From an uncultured Verrucomicrobiae bacterium (GTDB lineage Bacteria > Verrucomicrobiota > Verrucomicrobiia > Limisphaerales > Palsa-1400): DNA of 64,000 nt. Both the position numbers and the translations under genes were made by a program. A model generated the notes under the pieces. The model was not told the DNA's origin, did not search any database, and saw nothing but the letters and a program-made list of their open reading frames with translations. This document shows, one piece after another, positions 29,254 through 38,650 of the stretch. The stretch covers positions 2,848,001 through 2,912,000 of the forward strand of contig CAVXRD010000002.1 in NCBI GenBank assembly GCA_963764165.1. Reading direction: 5' to 3'. Every line of letters begins with the position of its first letter. Position 1 is the first letter of the stretch.

Positions 29254-30645
29254 ATGAAGGCGAATATTTCCCAAAAAGTTGCGCGGCGAACCGCGAAATT
29301 CCTTGCCGCATTGGCAATCATGGCCGGGTCCGCCGATGCCCAATTGGCGCCGGTCGCTTCTTTGAGTCTCGCGCCGGCCAGCAACGCCATGCTCAACTTG
29401 AGCATCAGCAATGCAGGCGACGAAACCTGGGTCATTCAGAGTTCGAGCGATCTCATAAACTGGACCACCACGGACAGCCTTAAGGTATTTAATGGCATTT
29501 ACCAGCGGAGTTACACAAAGAGTCCGGCCGGAAGCCTTTTTTACCGGGGCTTCTGCAATGCCGGCAGCCTCTACAGCGCCGATACCACAACGAATGCGCT
29601 TTTGCTGCCGGGAACGTACTATAATTACGCCTCGCCGGTTCTGCCTGCCAGCTTTTCAGCGCAGCCGATTCTGGCGGAGGACGACACGCCGGCAAACAAT
29701 CCCACCACCGATGCCGGGGCCACGCTGGGCCGCGTGCTTTTTTACGACAAGCGGCTTTCGACCAACCAGACCATTTCCTGCGCGTCGTGCCACCAGCAGG
29801 CTCATGGGTTTTCTGATCCGCGCCAGTTCAGCGTCGGCTACAACGGCAGCAACGGCACACGCCATGCGATGGGCTTGAGCAACGCGCGCTGGTACCAGCG
29901 CAAGCACTTTTTCTGGGACGAGCGGGCCGGCACGCTGGAAGACCAGACGCTGCAGCCGATTCAAAATCCAATCGAAATGGGCATGACGCTCAGCGCGCTG
30001 ACCAATCGCCTCGCGGCCGAGCCCTTCTACGCGAGCTTGTTCACCGCCGCCTTTGGCTCGCCCGCCGTCACGACCAATGCCATTTCCTTTGCGCTCGCCC
30101 AATTCGTCCGCTCCATTGTCTCAACGCAATCTCGCTACGACATCGGCGAGACGAACAACTTTGCGAACTTCACCGCACAGGAAAATTTGGGCCGGCAGAT
30201 TTTCTTTGGACAGAGCGGCAACCCGCCCGCCACCTGCGCGGTGTGCCACGCCACGGATAATTTTGTGCCGACCACCACCCTGAACAACAATGGGCTGGAG
30301 TATCCTTACGTTGACCTGGGTGTTGGCGGCATCACAGGGGTGGCTGCGCAAAATGGCCTGTTCAAGGTCCCCTCGCTGCGCAACATCGCGCTCAAAGCTC
30401 CTTACATGCACGACGGAAGGTTCACAAATCTGGCCCAGGTGGTGGCCCATTACAGTTCTGGCATCGTCAACAATCCCAACCTCTCGCCGCCGCTGATTGG
30501 CCCTGGCGGCATGCCGTTGCAACTGAATCTGACGACGGCGCAGCAGGCCGCCCTGGTCGCGTTCCTCAATACGCTGACGGACACAAACCTCGCCAGCGAT
30601 CCAAAACTGTCCGACCCGTTCAACTACGGAAATTCCAGCCAATGA
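29254..30645 (+). CDS. Secreted di-heme cytochrome c peroxidase, MauG-like family, with N-terminal small beta-domain
   Basis: LGRVLFYDKRLS, CASCH, FFWDERA..LEDQ, CAVCH, FKVPSLRN, PYMHDG. Confidence 0.9.
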   Translation: MKANISQKVARRTAKFLAALAIMAGSADAQLAPVASLSLAPASNAMLNLSISNAGDETWVIQSSSDLINWTTTDSLKVFNGIYQRSYTKSPAGSLFYRGFCNAGSLYSADTTTNALLLPGTYYNYASPVLPASFSAQPILAEDDTPANNPTTDAGATLGRVLFYDKRLSTNQTISCASCHQQAHGFSDPRQFSVGYNGSNGTRHAMGLSNARWYQRKHFFWDERAGTLEDQTLQPIQNPIEMGMTLSALTNRLAAEPFYASLFTAAFGSPAVTTNAISFALAQFVRSIVSTQSRYDIGETNNFANFTAQENLGRQIFFGQSGNPPATCAVCHATDNFVPTTTLNNNGLEYPYVDLGVGGITGVAAQNGLFKVPSLRNIALKAPYMHDGRFTNLAQVVAHYSSGIVNNPNLSPPLIGPGGMPLQLNLTTAQQAALVAFLNTLTDTNLASDPKLSDPFNYGNSSQ

Positions 30646-31351
30646 ACCCGCAACCGGGCTCTTGCCAAAGAACGGTGTCACTCAACACATTTGCGCGTTT
30701 TTTTCGACGATTGCAGAAATGACAAACGACCCGCTTTAATGGCATGGTCATTTCGCGCAGCGCGGAAATCGCGCGCGAACGGGAAAATCAGGAATATGGC
30801 TCAAATAAGATCGCCAATTATGGCCTGCCGGTATGCCGTTCGGCTTGTCCGAGGACTGCTCTTCGACTTGCTCTGTCACGGACAATTCAAGGCGGATGGC
30901 TGTGTCTTTGAAATTCCCAAAGCAATTACGACGCGTTTTCTTCGGGGTTCTTGTTTGGGGAATGCTTATGAAATCAATGAGCGGACAGACGTGATGGAGC
31001 ACTGCCTGAATGAAATGCGCCGGGCGCGGCAAGAAATGCTTGCGCGGCTGGACGCTACGTAGGAAAGTAAGGTCATGAAGATGAAATTGCTCAGCCGCCA
31101 CATCCGATCGGGTGATGATCTGTGCGCGATTGAAGACAAGTTTTCCGCCGCGCCTGGGCCAAGCCCGATGGCATTTGCGGCGCGTCACGGCTTGAAGCTA
31201 TCCAAGCCGTATGTGGCGTTCATGCGCAGCCAGAAGTCCAATGGCAATGATGCGCGTAAAATCGCGCAGCCTCGCCGCAAGCCGGTTGCCGCTTGATCGA
31301 ATCTTTTTTTGGCAGGTTCATACGCGCGATTCGCGCGAGAACAAGGGTGTG

Positions 31352-31591
31352 ACTAAAGGTGGGTGAGGCGCAAGTGAGATTGCCGCCCATTTTCGCTTTG
31401 AGCGGACCGCGGCTGTGTCGAAGACCAGCCGCAGCTGCTTCGAAACGAGTGGCGCGTTGGAAAGAGTTCCACGGCTGGCCAGCCGCAGTTCCGAAGTCTT
31501 GACATGTTTTTCGGAGTTGGGCCACAGCAAGATTCGTCTTCGGTTGTTTGAGTGCTGCTGCGGCTGGTCTTCGACACAGCCGCGCTCCGCC
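31352..31591 (-). repeat. MITE/REP-doublet family A copy 1
   Basis: 34-bp inverted arms at 31402-31435 and 31557-31590 (GCGGAxCGCGGCTGTGTCGAAGACCAGCCGCAGC) plus spacer and tail; alignable end to end with 44263-44501. Confidence 0.85.
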
Positions 31592-31692
31592 TGTCAGCCT
31601 GCGTCCATCACCCGCTTTCAATCACACTCCGGCGAACAAGCCAAGCCGCAAATCAACTTGTCGCGACTGGGTTTCCAGATTAAGGTGCTCGT

Positions 31693-31914
31693 GTGACTGC
31701 GGTTTCCAAAGTGCTGGTTGAAATTGTAGATGCGCTGCCCGATGAAAAAGCGCGGGAAGTGGTGGACTTCGCCCGCTTTCTTCAATTCCAAACGGGGGAC
31801 GCGGAATGGGAGCGCATCCTTGATGTTTCCCGGTCTCGTCCGAAGTTGGACGCTTTTGTGGAGTCAGCGTTGCGGGAAGAATCCGCCGAAACGCTGGACC
31901 GCTCCCGGTTGTGA
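31693..31914 (+). CDS. Putative antitoxin (DUF2281-like)
   Basis: LPDEKAREVVDFARFL motif; GTGA overlap with the downstream RelE/ParE-like frame. Confidence 0.7.
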   Translation: MTAVSKVLVEIVDALPDEKAREVVDFARFLQFQTGDAEWERILDVSRSRPKLDAFVESALREESAETLDRSRL

Positions 31915-32174
31915 TCTCCAAGGTTCGCCCTTCATTTTGGCGCGCCTATGACCGTTTGTCCCCGGCCGTTAAATAGCGGGCAAAGATCGCCTGTGAGGTC
32001 TTTGATCGCGACCCAGACCATCCCTCATTACGGTTCAAGAAACTTCGCGGACGGGATGATCTTTGGTCAGTCCGAGTCAACGAACAATATCGGGCTGTTG
32101 GAGTGCGATCGGGCGAAACGATTCAGTGGATATGGATCGGCGCACACAATGAATTTGACAACCTTTTCTCATAA
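31911..32174 (+). pseudogene. RelE/ParE-like toxin interrupted by an in-frame TAG
   Basis: MISKVRPSFWRAYDRLSPAVK*RAKIACEVFDRDPDHPSLRFKKLRGRDDLWSVRVNEQYRAVGVRSGETIQWIWIGAHNEFDNLFS; TAG at 31974-31976. Confidence 0.85.
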
Positions 32175-32304
32175 ACTTCCTTCGACGGCGATAAGAGGTT
32201 AGTTATGAATCTGTCCGGGAAAAAAGCAAATGACAGACGCCGCAATGTGTGATTATGTTTGATGATCCCTCTTCCTGTCAAACAACTTATGAAGTCCTCG
32301 ATAA

Positions 32305-32499
32305 CTACTTGTCGAAAAACGAGTCGCTCCGTCGGCGCTTCAAGTAACTTCTAATACACCGCAAAATAAAAATTACAATTAAGATAATAGGCAATACAAA
32401 GATCCACGAACTAATGCCAAACAGTCTGCCAAACAACCGCGCGGAAAAGACAATCAACGCAATCGTTCCAACAATAAATCCTAGTTCAAAGATAGTCAT
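32305..32499 (-). CDS. Small two-TM membrane protein, AT-rich
   Basis: 64 aa, two hydrophobic helices and a basic tail; markedly AT-rich DNA. Confidence 0.55.
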   Translation of the reverse strand: MTIFELGFIVGTIALIVFSARLFGRLFGISSWIFVLPIILIVIFILRCIRSYLKRRRSDSFFDK

Positions 32500-32549
32500 T
32501 CACATCTGATGGGTTTATCACTATGAATTTAGAGGCATCCGCCAATTCC

Positions 32550-32851
32550 CCCTTCGGAAAAATTTCTTCGACACTCTCTGCGAGCGCGCTCACGATTTTC
32601 CGCGCCTGCTCCGGCGTGGTGCAATACGGCGGCATGATGACAATCACCTTCCCAACAGGGCGCGTCAGCACGCCACGCCGGGCCATCGCATCGCACACGC
32701 GGATGCCTGCGCGCTCGCGCAAGTCGAAGGGCTGGCGGGTTTTCCAGTTCTTGACAAGCTCGACGCCTGCGACCAATCCCACTTGCCAGATGTCGCCTGC
32801 GTTCCGCAGCGCCCACAATGTTTGCAGCGCTTCGTCCAGCGCCTTCTCCAT
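32550..32851 (-). pseudogene. bioA: C-terminal fragment of DAPA aminotransferase
   Basis: GDIWQVGLVAGVELVKNWKTRQPFD..RAGIRVC..GVLTRPVGKVIVIMPPYC; only about 100 aa, with no PLP-lysine region. Confidence 0.75.
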
Positions 32852-33017
32852 TCTCCAATCTCTGGGCGGACACGCGGCAAATCAAGGCAGGGCGGGCCTC
32901 TGTCGGGCGCTGATGAAGCTTTTCTGCCGATTTGGGAGATCCTATCCCCGAAACCTCAAAATCCAAAATGGGCTCCAGCGAAAGTTCCGCTCCCGCGTCT
33001 CGCCCTGCCGCAATGGG

Positions 33018-35861
33018 TTATTGCGCCGATCCTGTGGCGCCGCCCGCCGGAGCGGCTGGGGCAGGAGCGTTGAAATCGCCCGCCACGACTACCGTCAGTT
33101 TTTTCGGATCGATGTGTTTGCGCAGGGCGGCGGCGATGTCCTCCACTTTCAGGTTCTCGATTTTTTTGTCGAGTTCCGCGTCGTGGGCCATCGTGCGGTT
33201 GAGCTGGCGCAGGTTTCCGAGCATGCCGACGAGCGCTTGATCGGATGTGCGGCCGACAAGGCGGGCTTGCAAATAACCTTGCTTGGCTTTGTCCAATTCT
33301 TCCGCTGTCACGCCATCTTTCAGCAACCGATCCAATTCCTCTTTCACGTCCGTTTCGACGCGGGGCATGTTGTGCGGATTGCTGATGGCGGTGATGCTGA
33401 GTTCGCCGCGCGGCTCCCAGGCCGATGCGCTGAACGCTGAACTGACGCCGTAGGTCAGGCCGTCTTTCTGCCGAATGCGGTCGCCCAGGCGCGAGGAGAG
33501 CGTGCCTGCGCCGAGAATATAATTGCCGATAAGCATGGCCGGATAATCCGGATCATCGTCGCGCATCGGGAACATGATGCCGGCGCTGTATTGGGCGTTG
33601 GCTTTGTCGGGGGTGTCGATGCTCTGGCGGGTTCCCATTTCGGCGGCGATCAGCGGCATCGGGATGCGGGCGTAGGGCTTGGCTGCCTTCCAGCCTGACA
33701 GCATTTCTTTCAATTTCGCAAGGCACGGGTCGGGGTCGAAGTCGCCGACGATGGTCAAATCGCCATCCTGCGAACCGAGGTATTCGTTGTAAAGCTGGAC
33801 GACTTGTTCGTAGGTCGTCTTTTGCAAACGCTCGATGGATTCGTCCGTGGTGGGCATGTAACGAATATCATCCTTCGGATAGGGGTTCAGGAGGCGTCCC
33901 AAAGCTTGCGGCGCGAGCATGGCGGGCTCCGTTTTGCTCTGCTCGAGGCGGGCAATGCGTTCGCGCTTCACTAACTCAAACTGCTCGGCTGGCAGCAGCG
34001 GCTCGCGCAAAACCTGCTGCAGCAAATCCAAAACCTCCGGCAGCGTATCGTGCTTGGCTTGAATGGAAAAAGTTATCGCGCCGCGTGCGCCGCCTCCACC
34101 GCCGCCGCCGCGCCGGCCGCCCCCACGACCGCCCCTCCCACCACCGCCGCCCGTGCTGAGGTTCGCGCCGAGGTCATCCAATTTATCGCGGAACTCCTGA
34201 TAACTCAGCTTCTTGGTGCCGTGCATCATCAGTTCCGGCAGGAAGCCCGCCGCGGATTCCATGTCCTTCAAATTCTCCTCGTTGCCATAATGGAGCGTCA
34301 GCGCCAGATGGACTTCCTGGTTGCGTGATTTCTTTTCCAACAAGGTCGCCTTGATGCCTTCCGGCAAGTCCATGCGATGCACGCGCGATTCGATGTTTTC
34401 CGGCGTGGACTCGAACGCTTCGCCTTCCGCCATCGCCGAGCGGCCTTTGTAATCGGCCACCATTTTCGCCACGTCCGGCACTGGCGGAATGGGGACCTTT
34501 TCGGATTTGTCCGTCGGGATGAACAGGCCGACCGTGCGGTTATCGCGCACAAGATATTTCGCCGCTGCCGCCTTCACGGACTCCGGAGTGACTTGTTCGA
34601 TGCGGTCGCGCTGGAGGAAATAAAGGCGCCAATCGCCCTGCGCAAACCATTCGCTGAGCGAAACGCCCATTTGACTTGTTTCGGCGGAGGCCCGTTCGCG
34701 CTGTTTGAGAATTTGCTTTTTCGCGCGATTCACTTCTTCCGCGGTAACTCCGTTTTGGGCGATTCCTTCCGTGGTCGAAATCAGCAATTCCTTCGCTTCG
34801 TCGAGAGAATTTTCCTTTGGCACTTCCGCTTCCACTTCAAACAAGCCCGGGTCATGTTCACCCCGTGAAGAGGCTCCGGCGCTGGAAGCCTTCTTGGATT
34901 CCACCAACGCCTTGTAGAGGCGGCCCGAAGGCTGGCTGGTCAATATATTGGCCAGCACTTGCAGCGACGCTGTTTCTTCCTCCGGCCCGGCGGGCATGTG
35001 GTAAGCGATATCCACCATGCCGACATCGCCGATGCGGCGCAGCACCACTGTGCGCTCGCCTTCCTGCGGTGGCTCCTCAGTGTATGTGGTGGGCAGCTTG
35101 CGGGTGGGCTTCGGAATCGCGCCAAAGTACTTCTGCACGTAATCAAGCGCCTTGTTCTGGTCAAATTTTCCGGCGACGATCAGGACGCAATTGTCCGGCT
35201 GATAATACTTTTTGTAAAATTCGCGCAAATTCTCGACCGGCACATGTTCGATATCGGTCTTGTTGCCGATGGTGGGCTTGCCGTAATTATGCCAATTGTA
35301 GGCGGTCGACGTGACCAACTTGTTGAGCACGCCGCCGGGCGAATTTTCGCCGCGCTCGAACTCATTGCGCACGACCGTCATTTCCGAGGCGAGATCTTCG
35401 CCCTTGATGTAGCTGTTGACCATGCGGTCGGCTTCCATGTCGATGGCGAAGTCCAGATTCTCGTCGCTGGCGGCCATCGTCTCGAAGTAATTCACGCGAT
35501 CATTCGAGGTGCTGCCATTGAATTGCGCGCCGTGATCCTGCAATTCCTTGGGAATCTTCGGGTGGCGCGGCGTGCCCTTGAAAAGCATGTGTTCGAGCAA
35601 GTGGGCCATGCCGGTCTCGCCGTAGCCTTCCTGGCGCGAGCCGACCAGCGCCGTCAAATTCACGGTGACCTTCGACTGCGAATTATCCGGGTAAAGAAGG
35701 AAGCGAAAGCCGTTGTCGAGTTGATACTCGGTGATGCCTTCGACCGTGGCGACAATCTTGGGAGACGAGTCTCCGGCGCGGGCGCTGGGGGACGTTGAAA
35801 TCACGCAAACCGCAGCCGTCGCCGCGCACAAACCAGGAAGAATACGAGTTAGAGCATTCAT
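33018..35861 (-). CDS. Secreted M16-family zinc protease (PqqL-like)
   Basis: GMAHLLEHMLFKGT (HxxEH), FNGST..RVNY, VVRNE, SSRL..IRQKDGLTYG. Confidence 0.93.
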   Translation of the reverse strand: MNALTRILPGLCAATAAVCVISTSPSARAGDSSPKIVATVEGITEYQLDNGFRFLLYPDNSQSKVTVNLTALVGSRQEGYGETGMAHLLEHMLFKGTPRHPKIPKELQDHGAQFNGSTSNDRVNYFETMAASDENLDFAIDMEADRMVNSYIKGEDLASEMTVVRNEFERGENSPGGVLNKLVTSTAYNWHNYGKPTIGNKTDIEHVPVENLREFYKKYYQPDNCVLIVAGKFDQNKALDYVQKYFGAIPKPTRKLPTTYTEEPPQEGERTVVLRRIGDVGMVDIAYHMPAGPEEETASLQVLANILTSQPSGRLYKALVESKKASSAGASSRGEHDPGLFEVEAEVPKENSLDEAKELLISTTEGIAQNGVTAEEVNRAKKQILKQRERASAETSQMGVSLSEWFAQGDWRLYFLQRDRIEQVTPESVKAAAAKYLVRDNRTVGLFIPTDKSEKVPIPPVPDVAKMVADYKGRSAMAEGEAFESTPENIESRVHRMDLPEGIKATLLEKKSRNQEVHLALTLHYGNEENLKDMESAAGFLPELMMHGTKKLSYQEFRDKLDDLGANLSTGGGGGRGGRGGGRRGGGGGGGARGAITFSIQAKHDTLPEVLDLLQQVLREPLLPAEQFELVKRERIARLEQSKTEPAMLAPQALGRLLNPYPKDDIRYMPTTDESIERLQKTTYEQVVQLYNEYLGSQDGDLTIVGDFDPDPCLAKLKEMLSGWKAAKPYARIPMPLIAAEMGTRQSIDTPDKANAQYSAGIMFPMRDDDPDYPAMLIGNYILGAGTLSSRLGDRIRQKDGLTYGVSSAFSASAWEPRGELSITAISNPHNMPRVETDVKEELDRLLKDGVTAEELDKAKQGYLQARLVGRTSDQALVGMLGNLRQLNRTMAHDAELDKKIENLKVEDIAAALRKHIDPKKLTVVVAGDFNAPAPAAPAGGATGSAQ

Positions 35862-36277
35862 AACAAATCAGGCCATTGGTTATTTTGGGAGTCCGAAGGA
35901 CGGGGCTCATCGTAGCGGGGATAATGGGGGCGTCAATGCTATTCAATGGCCTGCGATGGGAAAGATGAGAGGAAGGAAGCATGGGACTAATGGGGAAGCG
36001 TGGGCGAAAAAATAATTCCCAATATTCCCATTCCTTCCATTCCCCACCCTGCACCACAAAGTTACGTCTTCGCGACTTGCGAGGGGCTGCGCGGGCGGTG
36101 TTGGGCTGCAAGTTTCGCAAGACTCTTAACCACAATATATTATGCGCCAGGCAGGCCATGTCTGAATCCAGCATAAACCTGTCCGAAATCAGGAGGCTTC
36201 GCCTGAACAGCCTTTGTTATGTTCAACGTCTCGCACGAACTGCGATTTAGCATAACGAACTCATCAAACATAAAAAA

Positions 36278-37510
36278 ATGAAAGCACCCAAAATCCTGTT
36301 GGCGGGTTTACTCGCCCTTTCGACAGCGGGCGTTGCCAAAGCGCAGACGACTCTGCACCTCACCGGCTCCACCGCATTCCGCTCGGCTGTGCAAACAGCG
36401 ATCCTGCACATCCTCCAGCCCGGCTACAGTGTCGCGTTTGTGGGAAGCTCCTACACGGGGGCAAGCGAAGCCATCATTTCCGGCACGACCATCAGCAACA
36501 TCAACGGCTCCCCGGCGCCCGTGATCATCAAGACGTATTGGTCTGGATCGCTGGCTGGCATCGAAACCGTCTCGCAGCAGATTCCGCTGGCGAACTTCCT
36601 TGCCAACACCAACTCGACCTCCGGCGGCACCACCACCGCTGTCTCCAACCCCGGCTTTGATTCGGCGGACATTCCTGAAGTTTGCATGTCAGACGGTTTC
36701 CAGCTCACCTCTCAATACGCCCCGCCGCAATATGCGGCCTTGTCCCACCAAAACGTGGGCGCGGTCAGCTTCAAGTTCATCAAGAATAAAAGCGCTCCCG
36801 CTGGCATCACGAACATGACCCCGTTGCTGGCCCAGGCCCTCTGGCACAACGGCAGCCTCCCGCTGTCGATGTGGACTGGCAATGCCGGTGACGCGTCGAC
36901 GATTGTTTATGCCACCGGCCGCGACCCGGATTCCGGCACGCGCAAGACCGCCTTTCTGGAAAGCGGCGTTCAATCATTCGCTTCGTCATTGGCGACCGTG
37001 ACGGTTCTGCAATACGCTCCGAGCAATTCCACCGGCTTGGTCACTGCCAAAAACCCTGGAACCATTACCTCCCAAGGTCCGTGGGCTCCCGAAACGGTTG
37101 ACAACATCGCGTTCAGCCGCGGCAACGCCGGCTACTCCAGCGGCGGCGACCTCGCCACAGCCATGGGCCAGACTTCCCCCTATATTTATCTGACCTACTT
37201 GGGCCTGTCTGACACGGTGACCGCGGAAGGTCTTGGCGCGGCGGAATTGACCTACAATGGCGTTCCCTACAGCCATGCCGCCGCCGAAAACGGCCAGTAT
37301 ACATTCTGGACCATTGAGCAAATGGACTGGCTCCCCACTGGAACCGGCCCGATCACGGCTAATCAACTGCAATTGGCTCAAATCCTGGCCTACCAGATCG
37401 CCAATGAGAACCTGACTGGCGTCGGTGAATCGCTCACCTCCATGACAGTGACCCGTTCGCAAGAAGGCGGCCCCGTGACGCCCGGCACAATCACGACCAC
37501 GACGCCTTGA
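36278..37510 (+). CDS. Secreted protein with a probable periplasmic-binding-protein (PstS-like) fold
   Basis: Signal peptide (AKA-Q), LHLTGSTAF, GSLAGI, GRDPDSGTR, LTYNGV..Y..ENGQYTFW; strongly biased codons. Confidence 0.65.
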   Translation: MKAPKILLAGLLALSTAGVAKAQTTLHLTGSTAFRSAVQTAILHILQPGYSVAFVGSSYTGASEAIISGTTISNINGSPAPVIIKTYWSGSLAGIETVSQQIPLANFLANTNSTSGGTTTAVSNPGFDSADIPEVCMSDGFQLTSQYAPPQYAALSHQNVGAVSFKFIKNKSAPAGITNMTPLLAQALWHNGSLPLSMWTGNAGDASTIVYATGRDPDSGTRKTAFLESGVQSFASSLATVTVLQYAPSNSTGLVTAKNPGTITSQGPWAPETVDNIAFSRGNAGYSSGGDLATAMGQTSPYIYLTYLGLSDTVTAEGLGAAELTYNGVPYSHAAAENGQYTFWTIEQMDWLPTGTGPITANQLQLAQILAYQIANENLTGVGESLTSMTVTRSQEGGPVTPGTITTTTP

Positions 37511-37587
37511 TCGGCGCGAGGCAAACGAACTGGTCCGCCCGGCCATTGAGGCCGGCGGGTTGACACCAAAATCTAAAGTGATCATAT

Positions 37588-38580
37588 ATGAAATTAAAAC
37601 TTAACAGGACGGCAGGTTTGCTGTTGTCCGCCGTCGGCGTCGTTGCCCTCTTGGGCAGCGCGCAGGCAACTCCCTCCACGTTCAAGGACAACGATGGCGA
37701 CCTGATGCTCGTCTTTCGCAAGACCGGTTTCGATGGCTCAGGGGATGTGGGTTCCTACGTCTACGAAGTCGACATCGGCTCGGCCTCCATCTACACCAGC
37801 GCCTCGCCCGGCTCTTCCATTCCGGTCGCCGCCTACAGCGCGGCGAACCTGAACACGCTGTTTGACAGCTTGAACGACTTCAGTTGGTCGGTCAGCGGCT
37901 GCATTCCGAACTACGGCGGCGCTGGCGTCGCGAGCTCCTTGTGGGTGACAGACCCGCGTTCGGTGCCGTCTTCCGCGTCGAACCCGTGGCAGCGCCAGGG
38001 CGCCTATACCCAGGGCGGAGCGGCGGCTTACATCGAATCGATCTTGTCCGGCGCGGCGACGTATGCCGCCGGCACGACCAATTCGACCTACAACACTTCG
38101 ACGGCATTGGCCATTCCGTATGCCAACGGGAACAGCGCCAACGGCTATCTCGGCGCGGTCGGAAATTTCGATGGAAATTTCCAGGGCGACGTCGAAAACA
38201 CGACCGATGCAACGTTTACGACCGACGGGTTGCCGTCGCGTTCGGATCTCTACGAACTCGTTCCCGGCAGCGGGGCGGGAGTGAATCTCGGATATTTTGA
38301 ATTGTCGACCAATGGCGCGCTGACGTTCTATGCCGCGGGAGGCACGGAATCGTATCCGGCTCCGACCCTGACGGTGACAGTGACCGCTGGGACAGCGAAC
38401 ATCTCCTTCGCCTCGACGGCAGGGGGAACGTATACGCTGTTCTATACCACCGCCGCCGGCCTGAGTTCGCCGGTCTCGGCCTGGTCAACAGGTGGCACCA
38501 TGGTCGGTGATGGCACTGTAAAGACATTCCAGCAGCCCGCGACCGGGGCCGGAACGTTTTACGTTGTGGGCGTGCATTGA
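37588..38580 (+). CDS. Secreted Ser/Thr/Gly-rich protein with C-terminal small beta-domain
   Basis: Signal peptide, GDLMLVFRK..YEVDIG, GYFELSTNGALTF, then APTL..ISFAS..GGTYTLFY..W..FYVVGVH. Confidence 0.75.
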   Translation: MKLKLNRTAGLLLSAVGVVALLGSAQATPSTFKDNDGDLMLVFRKTGFDGSGDVGSYVYEVDIGSASIYTSASPGSSIPVAAYSAANLNTLFDSLNDFSWSVSGCIPNYGGAGVASSLWVTDPRSVPSSASNPWQRQGAYTQGGAAAYIESILSGAATYAAGTTNSTYNTSTALAIPYANGNSANGYLGAVGNFDGNFQGDVENTTDATFTTDGLPSRSDLYELVPGSGAGVNLGYFELSTNGALTFYAAGGTESYPAPTLTVTVTAGTANISFASTAGGTYTLFYTTAAGLSSPVSAWSTGGTMVGDGTVKTFQQPATGAGTFYVVGVH

Positions 38581-38603
38581 CGCGCAATTCTCATACTCGA
38601 CAA

Positions 38604-38650
38604 GGCGGGCCTTGCGCCAATCGGGGCAAGGCCCGCCCGTTTGTTTGATT
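38604..38650 (+). terminator. Intrinsic terminator
   Basis: GGCGGGCCTTGC / GCAAGGCCCGCC 12-bp stem followed by CGTTTGTTTGATT. Confidence 0.75.

Noticed and set aside
31220..31696. Similar short ORFs (MSKTSRS...) at 31.2-31.7 kb and 44.1-44.5 kb
   Set aside because: They are translations of the family-A repeat, not genes.
31060..31976. TAG recoding (alternative code or pyrrolysine)
   Set aside because: TAG is a normal terminator for other genes here (for example the 5479 gene, the porin, pepN and tolA), and there are no pyl genes.
31948..32202. 84-aa ORF from the track
   Set aside because: Wrong frame; the toxin-like frame is 31911-32174.
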